Source: Seison nebaliae (lineage: Eukaryota). From it: a stretch of 64,000 nucleotides of DNA. Shown here one piece after another: positions 53,319 through 64,000 of this stretch. The position numbers and the translations under genes are program-made. The stretch spans positions 1 to 64,000 of the forward strand of contig JALJEE010002055.1 in the NCBI GenBank assembly GCA_023231475.1, given 5' to 3'. The notes beneath the pieces were generated by a model, which did not search any database, had not been told where the DNA came from, and saw only the letters and a list, made by a program, of their open reading frames with translations. Numbering within the stretch: position 1 is the first letter of the stretch; each line of letters opens with the position of its first letter.

Positions 53319-56300
53319 TCAGACGTCTTCGGCTTCCGAAATTTCTAGTGGTGGCGGACTAGTTTCTGGAGTTGTCATTCTTCGAATGCGCTAAAAATAA
53401 ATGAATGAAAGAATTTGAATGAATATTAGATAAGCCGAACGTCGAAAAATGTTCCGGGAGTTGTCACGAATTGAAAGATCATGTAAAGTGGAATTGGGAC
53501 TAATGTACAGAAGATGATGATCCATCGTAGTCGTTGTATCCAGTCGGGATAGACGTAACTGTTTAGTACTAATGGCGAGAGTGTAATATAATAGATGATT
53601 GTAATGAAGACGATCTGAAATTGGGAATTAAAATTATTTGAAAGAGAGAGAAAAAGAGAGAGTGGGAGGAACTAGAAGGAAGAATGGAGCGATGATTGCC
53701 CAAGTGACCCGCCAGAATCGTCCCGGTCTAAATCCGAGCATCGATTTGACATCGTCGCTAAATCGATTAGTTCCTTCAAATAAAATATGTTAAAATTTAA
53801 AAAATGGAGATAAAAGAGAAACCGTAAATCCAATTGAGAGCGACCGTTTCGCAGAATGCGATCAGGAGAATGGCGGGAGCGATGGCATATTCGTTCAACA
53901 TATGAATCAAATAGTTTCCGCCCTAAAACGACCAAAATGTGACATGGCACAAATGAGATTGAAAAAATTAGAAAATCATGCACTAACGTACGTACAAGTG
54001 GATAAGGAAACACAGTAGGCGAACATCATCACTCCCAATACGAATAATTCGCGTCGTTTCGCCAAAAACGCACTTTGATCACAGAGACCGGTGAGAACGG
54101 ATTCAAAACCGCCAAACTAATAATAATGAATATAAACGGTATAATGAGAGAGTTAACTGTACTGTCCACACCTAATGTGATGACCATGAGAAAGAAGACG
54201 AGAGACCAGAAAGTCGAGCCATTCATGAGAGCTATGGCTTGAGGATAAGCGACGTATACAAGTTCCGGGCCCTGTTTCGTCACATTCTCCACATTCGTCT
54301 CCTTCACATACGCCATATGGCCCAGTACGGAGAAGACGACGAATCCCGCTATTATACTCGTCAGACAATTGATGATGCTACAAGCTATGGCGTCTCTAAA
54401 CGAATCGTTTGAATTGATTGATACGAACGATGAGAGGAAAAGGAGAACTTGTAACAATTGTTATTTCGTTTATTGTAACTGGAAAGTGCGAGTAACGTCC
54501 CAAAACCAGGTCCTAACGAAAAGAAGACTTGTGCAGCCGCATCTTGCCATACCTGAAACAGATTAAAAATTAAAAATTAATTATATTTATTAATGAAAAA
54601 AAGAGAGAAAATGAACGGCAAAATCTTTCAATTTTGCCCATTTCGGATTCAAATAGAAAAGAATTCCTTGTGTGGAACCTTTCAAGGTGACACCTCGAAT
54701 GAGTAGAATGAAAAGGATGACGTACGGGGCCAACGCGGTGAACCAGACGACTTTACCCGAACTCTTCACACCTTTCCATAAGGCGAAATAGACGATCGTA
54801 TAAACGAGGAGAAGACACAACGCCGTCTCCCATTTGACACCGCCCAAATTGTTAATTCCGTCAGCTTTATTAATTTCCAATATTTTATTTCTAAGAAATT
54901 TGAAGTGAAGTGAAGGAAATGAATATGAAAGTGAAAGAGAAACAGGAAATATTGTTCGGTTGGTGTGTGAATCGTTTCGCAGAGAATTGTCCCGTTTCCT
55001 CGGAAGAGTGTACCGTTATGAATGATGTTGGTGGTATTGGTGGTGGAATTCATATTGTCGGGCCATTTCACATAATCAGTGATGTTCGTACTCCAATAAT
55101 ATTCATTTCTTATTTGATCATTCGTCAGATTTTTCGATGAGATCTTTCCATAATTCTTCGTATCGTCGATGGTTAGACAACAGTGATTATTCCAGGGATT
55201 GTGACAGCCCTTCCATGGGACTTCTCGACGAAACGAATCGAAAAAATAATAGACGGCCCAAGAGATCATCGTATTGTAGAACATGGCCATGAATGTGTTC
55301 ATAATGACAATTCCAAAAGCGACACCTAATAATACCGTTTGATCAGGGAAAAAGATGGAAATGAAATTGGATGATATGGAAACCTTTCATCATCGGACAG
55401 ATGCGAGACCAAACGGTAAACACTCCCGTCTGTTGGAATTGACCCAACGCCAATTCCATATAGAACAATGGGAGACCGGCAAATATAAAGAAAACGAAAT
55501 ATGGAATGAAGAATGCACCTAAAAATAATGATGGAGATAGAGAGATTGAAAGAGAGAAATATAAACCACCGCCATTGCGATAGCAGATATATGGAAAGCG
55601 CCATACATTACCCAGATCGACGGCGAAGCCGATGACGGCCAAGAGGAATTCGATTTTCTTATCCCAAACTTCTCGATGTGCAGGGCTCGTTTCCGTCGTC
55701 TTATCCACGATCACATTCTCCATATTGTCCAATTCTTTCTCATCCTTCGATTTGTCGTCGTTATCTCTGGTGGGCGAGAGTGCCATGAACGTGTCTGTTG
55801 TCTTCATTGGAATGAATTGTCTGCAGACATTATTCAAATGTTGGCGACCCGTTGAACACGCATGATTTATCCAAGGGACATTATTCCGGAATTTAGCTGA
55901 TGTGGTCCGAAACAGAATTTTCGCTTTCGTCTTATGTGAGTTGTTGGGCTGGGACGAGTCGGACGTTTGTGTCGTGTTATTCTCTGGCGGTTTAGTAATG
56001 GCGAGCGAATGAGTCCCAATGAGAGAGGAAGGGGAAGTGATGGTGGTTCGTGTGGAAGAGGAAGAAGAAGAAATAGATGATAATTTTAAGATTTTTGATT
56101 TATTTTTCTTCTCGACGGGGGCGGCGGCGGCGGTAGTGGTTATATTGGTGGGCGTTATGGAATTAGATGTTCTTATGATATTTTTCCATAATGAAAAATT
56201 GGAAGTGGAGGATTGGTGCAAATCAACCGTGCTCGTTGTAGCGTCAAATTGTTGGATGTTATCTCCTTTCAGTTTGGCAATGATACTGTCTGACGAGATT

Positions 56301-56662
56301 AATGCATTGAGCAAAATACGAATTCGTTCGTCTTCCGAATAAGTTTTCTCCACTGATAAATTCCCATTGTTCGCCTCGCTACCACTCAACGGCTTCTCCT
56401 TTTTGTATTCGTCGAATTTCCTCGCATGATCTTTCGTCTCTTCAGTTTGCATGCCGCGAGACACAACCATCATCCAGGGCGTATTACCGTAGGAGGATGG
56501 AAATGTGTCAGATCGCAAAGGTTTAGTGACGTGGAGAGCATCATCTGTCTCATCATCCTCGAAAATGTTATCGTAACAACGCGCCTCTTTCGAGAGAATG
56601 AACGATTCCTTATCGCGAACCGATCCCTCCATCCCATCATTATCAAAGATTGTCGTGTTCAT
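53319..56662 (-). CDS. SerT: SLC6 monoamine transporter, serotonin transporter-like, 11 coding exons
   Basis: TM1 [24 protein letters not shown] carries the monoamine-transporter Asp and matches invertebrate SERT. Also [33 protein letters not shown] and LGVDSTFGG. Introns 55519-55566, 55326-55383, 54891-54953, 54553-54616, 54396-54448, 54117-54157, 53923-53987, 53774-53822, 53615-53672, 53391-53440, all GTT. Confidence 0.92.
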
Positions 56663-57946
56663 GATTTAATGGGGAGAAAGAAGGAAAAAATGAATAATCA
56701 AATGAATGAAGATAATCAAAGAAAAAATGAAATGAGCAAAACATTAGGGGAAATATCTCTTAGTTTTTCTGTCTTCCTTCTTCCTTTTTTTTCAAAATAA
56801 CTATTGATTCACTGCCAACACAAACAACAACAATAACAACAACAACACAACGACGACGACGACGACGTCATCCTTTAGTTAATGTTACGTTTGATGCTGA
56901 CTCCATCGTCTTCTCCTATTCATTCGTCGCGATAATTTCTTCGTATTCTTTTGTGTCATTCTTCTATCAAAATTTTTTTGGGAATTTGATCATTTGATCT
57001 TTCATTAGCTCACTAATTCGTTGACAATGGCACCAGCTTACTTGTACCCATGCATCTTATGAATCTCATTACTTCGTCGTATTGTTTCTATTCATGTCAT
57101 TCTTCCATGTCATTCTCTGCTCCTTTTCTTTTGTTGGCCGATATTCATCCGATCATTCACTCGTTTCATTCCCCCCTCTCCCCCATCACCACCTCCCCAT
57201 AACCCTACACTATTGCTATCTTCGTTATTACATACGTGATCAGTATTAGAATGACAATACCCATTACTCCGATCGTAATCATTCGACAATGTTTATATGA
57301 CTCTCTCGATCCCAACCGTTCCACCTGTTCCATCACACTAATACAAATCTAACAATATCAAATGGGCAAACTTCTTCTGCTGTCAATACGTCCGATCGAC
57401 GGCCGTCTTCAATATTCCCATTTTCGTCATGACGGTTTTCCAGACGGATTTCTCCTTTGATGTTTTCATCGATTTTTCTTACAATTTCCGAATTCTCTTT
57501 CATAATTAAAATATAAAAATTTTTACAAGAATATCAAAAGTGAAGAAGAACTCTCGAATGTCTCCACAACATGATCATCATAAAACGGTTTTTGTTTGAT
57601 CGATTTCAATTCCACTCCACACTCTTCCTCCACTTTCCAAAAACTTAACATCTCCAACGCTTAAGTACTTTGTAAATAAATTAATTTCGTTTATCAACCT
57701 TAACGGAAATGAGAGTCGTTAGTTGAATTTGAAAATCCTAATTTAAATACTCATTTCCATCTACTTTCCATAAAATTCTCCTTCTCCTCAACAAACAAAC
57801 GAATAAGAGATAAATAACTTCCACTTCCAATTTATTTTATATTCATAAATTAATTGAAAAAGAATAAGAAATTTCCATTAAAGATAATTAAACAGAAATT
57901 AAAAATTAATAAAATAATTTAATTACAAAAAAAAATCGGATCAATA

Positions 57947-60900
57947 TCATTTAAATAAATTTCTCTGTAAATTCCTCAATTTCTCATAATGTTCCATCGT
58001 TCGTTCTCGACTCTCGTTATTCATTTCGACGACTAAAGCCGAATCGTCCAATTTGAGGAAGTTCGTCATTTGCCACAATTGGAGTGTGTATAGATCGTCT
58101 CGTAACTCGTTCCACATTTCATAAAGATGTGGATTATTTCGATCATCCAATTGCCGAATGAACGGTGGGATGAGACCGAGATTCATGCTACCCAATGTGG
58201 GATCGATATCGTTCAATTTTCCATTGGTGAAACTGACGGCACAATCTACTCCCATAATATCAGCGATGAGATTGACAATTTTCTGTTTTGACGGTGGCAT
58301 TTCCGTCCCTAAAATTTTCATATGAGCTAACGGAAAAATCGGAACAAATCGACAATAATGATCTTCCCTCAATCGGAAATAGAGACCATAAGTATACCAG
58401 ATAGAGAACCAGCATCGATCTAAAATATTCAAATCATTCAAAAATCGTTCTAAACGGTTTTTTAATGTTGACGTCAATTGAACGCCGATATCTTCCAATG
58501 TATTGATTTTCTCTAAAATTTCTTCCGATTTCTTATTTGTCACTCCATTACAAAAATCTAATTCATCCTGATATATTAAATGATTTTTTGCTAATTCGTC
58601 ATAAGCGCTGGTCAAATCGACGGAAATAAAAGTGATGTTATCGATACGTTTATCGAATTCTTCTTTCTCTCTAAATCGTTTTTCGATCGCGTTTAATTTT
58701 TTCGGTCGATCTTTTTTCCCCAATTGCAACGAATGTTTTTGATTTTCTAATTGATCATTCGTATTCATCAAATCATCTTCCAATGATTCCCATTCTGTTT
58801 TTTTTTTTGATTTCCATTTCGGAATATTTTTCGAATTTGAATTGAATTTTCCCAAATTTTTATTATCGTCTTTCCGATGAAGTTGATCGATGAGAAAATC
58901 GAGTTTTTTCGATTTCCAAATATCTGTCGTATAACCAAAAGAGGCGAACGATTTACATCGACTACTCGACGACAAACTTGAAAGTTGTTGTTTTTGAGAA
59001 CGTTCTCGAAGAATTTGATCGTCTCGATCGTCCAATTTCTCATTGTTCTCTTTCCAAATGATACATCGTTTCTGTTTGGGTCCCCAAAAATATGAAGTTT
59101 TAAGTAATTTTTTTCCAGAATTTTTTGTTTTATTTCTAAATTCTTCTCTCCGTTTCATAATTCGATCAGAATTATTTGTCATGTCCCAATCAATCGACGA
59201 ATATGATGAGGATAATCGATCGAGATTATAATCCATTCGATTCGAATCAACTTTCATTCTGTTCAATTCCTCCATATTCTCTTTCATCTCCTCGTCATAA
59301 TTCACCATTTCCTCCACCATATCAATTTCATCAGATATCGATGGAATTGGTGATGATGATTCGATAAATTGTTCATTATCTAATATTTCGTTTGTTTCTT
59401 TTAATTGTTGTCGAGAGGAGTTTCGATTAGGAACATAATCGAGATAAAGATCCATCTCATCTTCTGCCACGTCGTCCGGAATGTAAATTTCCATATTATC
59501 CTCATCTGATGATAATAATTCGATTTGATTCAAATCGACAATATCATTCTCCATATCTAAAGTGTCTTCCAATTCGTTCGGCTCATTATTATCGAGCATT
59601 TCGTGTGCATATTCCGAAAATTTCTTGTAATCGAACAAACCGTCAGAATCATCAAAATATGATTCTTCCATCCTCTCATCAAATCGTTTTCGTTTACTCA
59701 TCATCAATTCATCATCATTATCAATTTCGTCTAAAATGAAATTATCGAATTTGGCGATTGTCGACGCACAAGTTGATTGACGATCTTTTCTTTCAATTAT
59801 TGTCGATTTGATCGATATAAATTCCATTTTTTTCCTCATTGACGAATTGAGAGATTTGAATTTCAAATAAATTCTAATTTCTTCATTCCAATAAGAGAAG
59901 AATTGATCGAATCCTCTAGTCAAATAATCGCCGAACATTGAAGTGGATGAAACGGTAATGAAATAAAACGAATTAATAAATGAAAGAAAATTCTGAGAAA
60001 TTTCCATTTCGTCCGATTTAAATAATTTCCTTTTTAAACTATTCCTTCTTTCTTTCACTTCCTCTCTCATTTCAATTCTTCCCCATTGACCATTAGCGAG
60101 GAATTTGAAGAGATCCTCCGAATTGAATCGACTCATCAAAATTTTCTCTTTCGTTTCTTTTGACGAAATGAAATTCGTCAAATTTTTCAAATTTTTCAAT
60201 CGACTTAATCGATTTTCGATCTCCTTTTTCTCTTTTAAGAAATCGATGACATTTCTACACATCTCCTTTAACGGTTGTTCGGGTGGGAGATCATTTAATT
60301 GGACGAATTTATCAGCGTCACTTTTTGGTGGGAGAAGAGCGAAAAGAAGTCGATGATAAATTGAACGATAAATCGAATCTCGAATTAATGTCTCTGGAAT
60401 TTGTTCTTTGAATGAATTATAAATTTCAATTTCTTCTCTCACATTCAAAATGAAATCATCATTCGATTCCATTTCCATCAAGATCGGTTCTCTTGGAAGA
60501 TTCTTCCGTTTTTCCATCCAAAACGGTGACGTGTAATCGAACAAACCATTCTCATCATCTGATTCCATTTCTATCAATCTATTCCTCAAACTCTTCACTC
60601 TTAATTTCTTCTTCTTTTTCTTTTTCTTTTTTGAAATTAATTTTTTATTTGAAATTTTCAAATGAATTTTTTTCAATTCCATCAAATTATTATTTTCTGA
60701 TGGTATTGAATGATCGATTTGTTTCGATGTCCACGTGGAGAGGAATGGATAGAAAATGATGAGATACTCTTCAAACATCTCGTCGAAAACTGACGATTTA
60801 ATTTTACGGAAATTATTTCGACATCGATGACGGAAAGATTTCCGTAATAATTTCGTCCATTCCTTCTTCACTCGACGTAAATCGTCACGATGATGAGAGA

Positions 60901-61561
60901 GTGTCTGTTCCAATCCATCGATGATTTCGTGCAGTTCCTTCTTCTCCAAATACTCGTCCACATTCTCCACATTTTTCAGAATTTGACGAATTTTTAATTT
61001 GTCTTTCAATTCCGTTTCGGTCCATTCCAAATTGGATAGAATTCGTTCGATTCCTCTCATTTCTTGAATGATCGTCGAATATTTGAGATGGATGGTGGCG
61101 AGTGTACATTCGTCATCTTCAACTTTCTTCTTTTTCATCTTCATCTCTTTCTCTTCCTCTTCATCATATTTCTGACGAATTCCATCAATAAATTGATGAA
61201 CTGGTTCACTCAGATTTTCAAATGATTCAACAAATCCATTTTGTCTCACAATACATTCCACCGTTTTCTTCTCAATCTCTTTCAACACTTTCTCCTCATT
61301 CTCATACTCACCATCAATGACGGTGGAAGTTCGTGATCTGGTGGATTGTTGTCGCGTCGACTTCTTCTCGAAAATGTCCACAAATGCCACTTCTATTTCC
61401 TCCTCACATTTCTTCGTCTCATAAGGCTGATGAATGAACAAATTGCCACACCATCCATCCTCTCCATTTACCGTTTCTTTCTCGCACAAATCATTGTCGA
61501 TATCCTTCAATAAAATCTTCAAACTCAAATCCCAATTCTCATCATTGATCGTTAAGGACAT
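57947..61561 (-). CDS. Uncharacterised 1204-aa charged/coiled-coil protein, intronless ORF
   Basis: 3.6-kb ORF from ATG to TGA in AT-rich DNA, E/K-rich with a poly-K tract and a more globular-looking C-terminus. No family recognised. Confidence 0.85.
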   Translation of the reverse strand: MSLTINDENWDLSLKILLKDIDNDLCEKETVNGEDGWCGNLFIHQPYETKKCEEEIEVAFVDIFEKKSTRQQSTRSRTSTVIDGEYENEEKVLKEIEKKTVECIVRQNGFVESFENLSEPVHQFIDGIRQKYDEEEEKEMKMKKKKVEDDECTLATIHLKYSTIIQEMRGIERILSNLEWTETELKDKLKIRQILKNVENVDEYLEKKELHEIIDGLEQTLSHHRDDLRRVKKEWTKLLRKSFRHRCRNNFRKIKSSVFDEMFEEYLIIFYPFLSTWTSKQIDHSIPSENNNLMELKKIHLKISNKKLISKKKKKKKKKLRVKSLRNRLIEMESDDENGLFDYTSPFWMEKRKNLPREPILMEMESNDDFILNVREEIEIYNSFKEQIPETLIRDSIYRSIYHRLLFALLPPKSDADKFVQLNDLPPEQPLKEMCRNVIDFLKEKKEIENRLSRLKNLKNLTNFISSKETKEKILMSRFNSEDLFKFLANGQWGRIEMREEVKERRNSLKRKLFKSDEMEISQNFLSFINSFYFITVSSTSMFGDYLTRGFDQFFSYWNEEIRIYLKFKSLNSSMRKKMEFISIKSTIIERKDRQSTCASTIAKFDNFILDEIDNDDELMMSKRKRFDERMEESYFDDSDGLFDYKKFSEYAHEMLDNNEPNELEDTLDMENDIVDLNQIELLSSDEDNMEIYIPDDVAEDEMDLYLDYVPNRNSSRQQLKETNEILDNEQFIESSSPIPSISDEIDMVEEMVNYDEEMKENMEELNRMKVDSNRMDYNLDRLSSSYSSIDWDMTNNSDRIMKRREEFRNKTKNSGKKLLKTSYFWGPKQKRCIIWKENNEKLDDRDDQILRERSQKQQLSSLSSSSRCKSFASFGYTTDIWKSKKLDFLIDQLHRKDDNKNLGKFNSNSKNIPKWKSKKKTEWESLEDDLMNTNDQLENQKHSLQLGKKDRPKKLNAIEKRFREKEEFDKRIDNITFISVDLTSAYDELAKNHLIYQDELDFCNGVTNKKSEEILEKINTLEDIGVQLTSTLKNRLERFLNDLNILDRCWFSIWYTYGLYFRLREDHYCRFVPIFPLAHMKILGTEMPPSKQKIVNLIADIMGVDCAVSFTNGKLNDIDPTLGSMNLGLIPPFIRQLDDRNNPHLYEMWNELRDDLYTLQLWQMTNFLKLDDSALVVEMNNESRERTMEHYEKLRNLQRNLFK

Positions 61562-61983
61562 CGATATTCATTTCGTAAATTTCGTTCAAGCTCAAAAAAA
61601 AAGAACAAAAACTTAAAATTCAAATTTTCAATTCTATTTTCAATTCCATCAAAAATTCCATTAAAAATTTCAATTTTTCACATTCAGCTTCGAATGACAC
61701 CAACATAAAATTTGCCATGTCTAAAAATTCTTCGACAAATTCTTCTAAATAACCAAATGACATTCCCAGTTGGAAGAAGAGCAGAAAATGTAGAAAAGTG
61801 AAAATGTAGAAACTGAAGAAGGAAAAAAGGAAAATTTACAGGAATTTTCCTTCCACTTCTAGCAGTGAATGGGAAAAAAGAGGAAATTTAACATCAATCC
61901 GTATGTCAAATTTTGAATGAGTAGATTTGGTGATCTATAATAAAACTCGAAGTTTTGATTGGAATTAGGAAAAGTTTTCAAAA

Positions 61984-64000
61984 ATGAATTTTTTTATCTT
62001 GATAATTTCTTTTCTTCTCAATTTCATTCTCGTCCTCTCTGACACCTCACATAATTGTGATGTGAGTAAAGAGATGCGTGATGAATGCGACATGAAAACG
62101 AAGTGCAACGTTCCTTACGAACAATTATTCCAACAATCTCAATTATGTGGACGTGAATTACAAATAATTATGGCATGTGTGGCTAAATTGCCGAACGCGA
62201 GTGGACTCGCCAATTTGTTGGAGCAGATTTTCGCCAAGTTTTCCGACGCCAAACATGCAGTTGTCTGTCCGAAACAAAAAGCGAAATTGTCGTGTAATCG
62301 AGGACGAATTCTTCAAGTTCATTATGGTATTATCGGTTATCCACCATCGCAACATGCCATGACGAAATGTAATGATCAGGAAGGATTACGAGAATTGGCC
62401 CAAACCAGTTTCGAGAGTGGTTACAAATACAAAGGAAAAGAACATTGTTACATTACCATCTCCCCTCAATTGTTGGGTGGTCAATGTAACGGGAAGAGGA
62501 CGTGTCTCATCAACGCAAAGGAATTGGTGGGCGACTTAGCGAAGAAATGTACAACGAAGAAACTTTATGTGGAATTGGTTTACTCGTGTCTCGACAAGGA
62601 GAAGGAGAAAGGACGTGAACGAATCATTCCCGCTGTGGCTTGTGATGGTATTCCCGCCATCTTAACATGTCCTCGAACCACCGTCATCAATGTTATCCAT
62701 CGTGCCATTTATGGTATCACAATGCCACCAGCCGTCGTCTGTCCTGCTCAAATGTTCCTTCCTCGTACCAGATTGGCAAATCCGCCAATGTCACCATATA
62801 TCAATCATATGTATCAGCCTGCTCCTCCACCACCACCACCATCAGCACCTCGTTCTGCATATCCGGTTTATGGTAAACGAGCACGAGCACCAACTTATGG
62901 CGGTCAAGCACAAGCCCCACGTTATATTCGACAACAACAACCGCAACAATCTCAACCATCATATGGACAACAACAACGATCACCATCGTCGACTTATCAA
63001 AGAAAATCGAATTCTCCAACTTATCAACAACAACAACAACGATCACCATCACAATATGGACAACGATCACAATCACAATATGGTCAACAACGACAACGAT
63101 CACAATCACAATATAGTCAACAACGACAACGACCACAATATGGTCAACGATCACCATCTCAATACGGTCAACAACGACAACGAGCACAATATGGTCAGCA
63201 ATCGGATAATATGATTCCAAGTAAATATCAGTCAGTGAATGTGATTAATCAATCGCCACGACAAACATATTCATCAGTAATGCAAAGTTCTTTAAGTAGT
63301 AACGGACGATATCGTAAGAAACGACAAGTGGAACGATTGTTGTCTTTGGTGAGTGGAACGATCAGTCGATCGGAAGATTATCCAATTTCGAAAATTCCTC
63401 CTGGTGCCGGTTTCCTCCATTATTATGATGGAACGAATCATACGGGTGAACATCGACATCCATTACGACGTCTTCGAGTGATCTGTGGATCGAAATTAGT
63501 CTACAATTATGTCATGCATCAATGTCTTGGAAAGAACACGTGTATGATGTTCCCACATCCGGGTCTCTTGGGCTCACCATGTAAAGGCGCGTTCGCCGGC
63601 AATCAATTTTATGTTGAGTATTCGTGTACTAAACGAGATCATAAAGACGGTCGTTCACATCAACATTATTTCGATCATTATTCATTCGGACGAAAACGAG
63701 AAAATTTTGACGATTTTGATGACGAAGATGATCATTATCATCATGACGATAATGACGATAATGACGATGATGATGATAAAGACGACGATGATTATATTGT
63801 TTATGGTGAAGATGGAGAAGAGACTCCTAAACGATATGGACGTCGATTCCCTGGTCGATTCCCAGGAATGTTTCCAGGAGCTAGTGCGTTTCCAGGTGCG
63901 ATGGGTGGTCTTCCCGGTATGATGGGCGGTCATCCCGGTATGATGGGTGGTATGATGGGTGGAATGATGGCTGGACCACCAGCAGGTTATGGGGCGTGGG
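61984..64000 (+). CDS. Secreted protein with SUEL (galactose/rhamnose-binding lectin)-like domains and low-complexity blocks; 3'-incomplete
   Basis: Absent from the ORF track because it has no stop in the window. ATG 61984 opens MNFFILIISFLLNFILVLS (signal peptide). SUEL-like Cys patterns: VVCPKQKAKLSC..HYGIIG..C..QCNGKRTCLI..LYVELVYSC, and VACDG..LTCP..RAIYG..CP / CGS..QCLGKNTC..LLGSPC..FYVEYSC. Q/R/S/Y/G repeats, D/H-rich and G/M/P-rich tails. Confidence 0.85.
   Translation, partial: MNFFILIISFLLNFILVLSDTSHNCDVSKEMRDECDMKTKCNVPYEQLFQQSQLCGRELQIIMACVAKLPNASGLANLLEQIFAKFSDAKHAVVCPKQKAKLSCNRGRILQVHYGIIGYPPSQHAMTKCNDQEGLRELAQTSFESGYKYKGKEHCYITISPQLLGGQCNGKRTCLINAKELVGDLAKKCTTKKLYVELVYSCLDKEKEKGRERIIPAVACDGIPAILTCPRTTVINVIHRAIYGITMPPAVVCPAQMFLPRTRLANPPMSPYINHMYQPAPPPPPPSAPRSAYPVYGKRARAPTYGGQAQAPRYIRQQQPQQSQPSYGQQQRSPSSTYQRKSNSPTYQQQQQRSPSQYGQRSQSQYGQQRQRSQSQYSQQRQRPQYGQRSPSQYGQQRQRAQYGQQSDNMIPSKYQSVNVINQSPRQTYSSVMQSSLSSNGRYRKKRQVERLLSLVSGTISRSEDYPISKIPPGAGFLHYYDGTNHTGEHRHPLRRLRVICGSKLVYNYVMHQCLGKNTCMMFPHPGLLGSPCKGAFAGNQFYVEYSCTKRDHKDGRSHQHYFDHYSFGRKRENFDDFDDEDDHYHHDDNDDNDDDDDKDDDDYIVYGEDGEETPKRYGRRFPGRFPGMFPGASAFPGAMGGLPGMMGGHPGMMGGMMGGMMAGPPAGYGAW
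62930..63205 (+). repeat. Coding degenerate repeat (QRSxSQYGQ-like units)
   Basis: Recurring caacgatcac(c/a)atc(a/t)caata(t/c)gg and caacaacgacaacga blocks inside the 61984 ORF. Confidence 0.85.

Noticed and set aside
62690..63922. Track ORFs 62690-63214, 62801-63220 and 63611-63922
   Set aside because: Alternative frames of repeats inside the true ORF that starts at 61984 and stays open to the window end.
1..64000. Non-standard genetic code or stop-codon readthrough
   Set aside because: All in-frame stops in conserved genes are removed by short GTT..AG introns, and the standard code gives intact motifs.

Overview
AT-rich eukaryotic (invertebrate animal) genomic DNA, not prokaryotic. I can reconstruct 12 protein-coding genes: an M13/neprilysin-type peptidase, a MATE/SLC47 transporter, calsyntenin, FAM78-like, a calpain lacking EF-hands, a divergent cyclin A-like gene, CFAP92-like, a ubiquitin-like-domain protein, CCDC66-like, a serotonin transporter, an orphan 1204-aa protein, and a secreted SUEL-lectin protein that runs off the right edge. 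There is also a 3'-half 5S rRNA fragment, a decayed non-LTR reverse-transcriptase relic and a ~14 kb gene-poor stretch. The main result concerns splicing. All 46 introns I placed by hand from reading-frame and protein-motif continuity, in 9 genes on both strands, begin GTT rather than the usual animal GTR(AGT); two more tentative ones do too. There is no consensus at +4 to +6, and lengths are mostly 41-68 nt. Perfect GTAAGT/GTGAGT hexamers occur inside apparent coding exons. This suggests a rewired 5' splice-site recognition code. All gene models are manual, with no transcript data or database searches.
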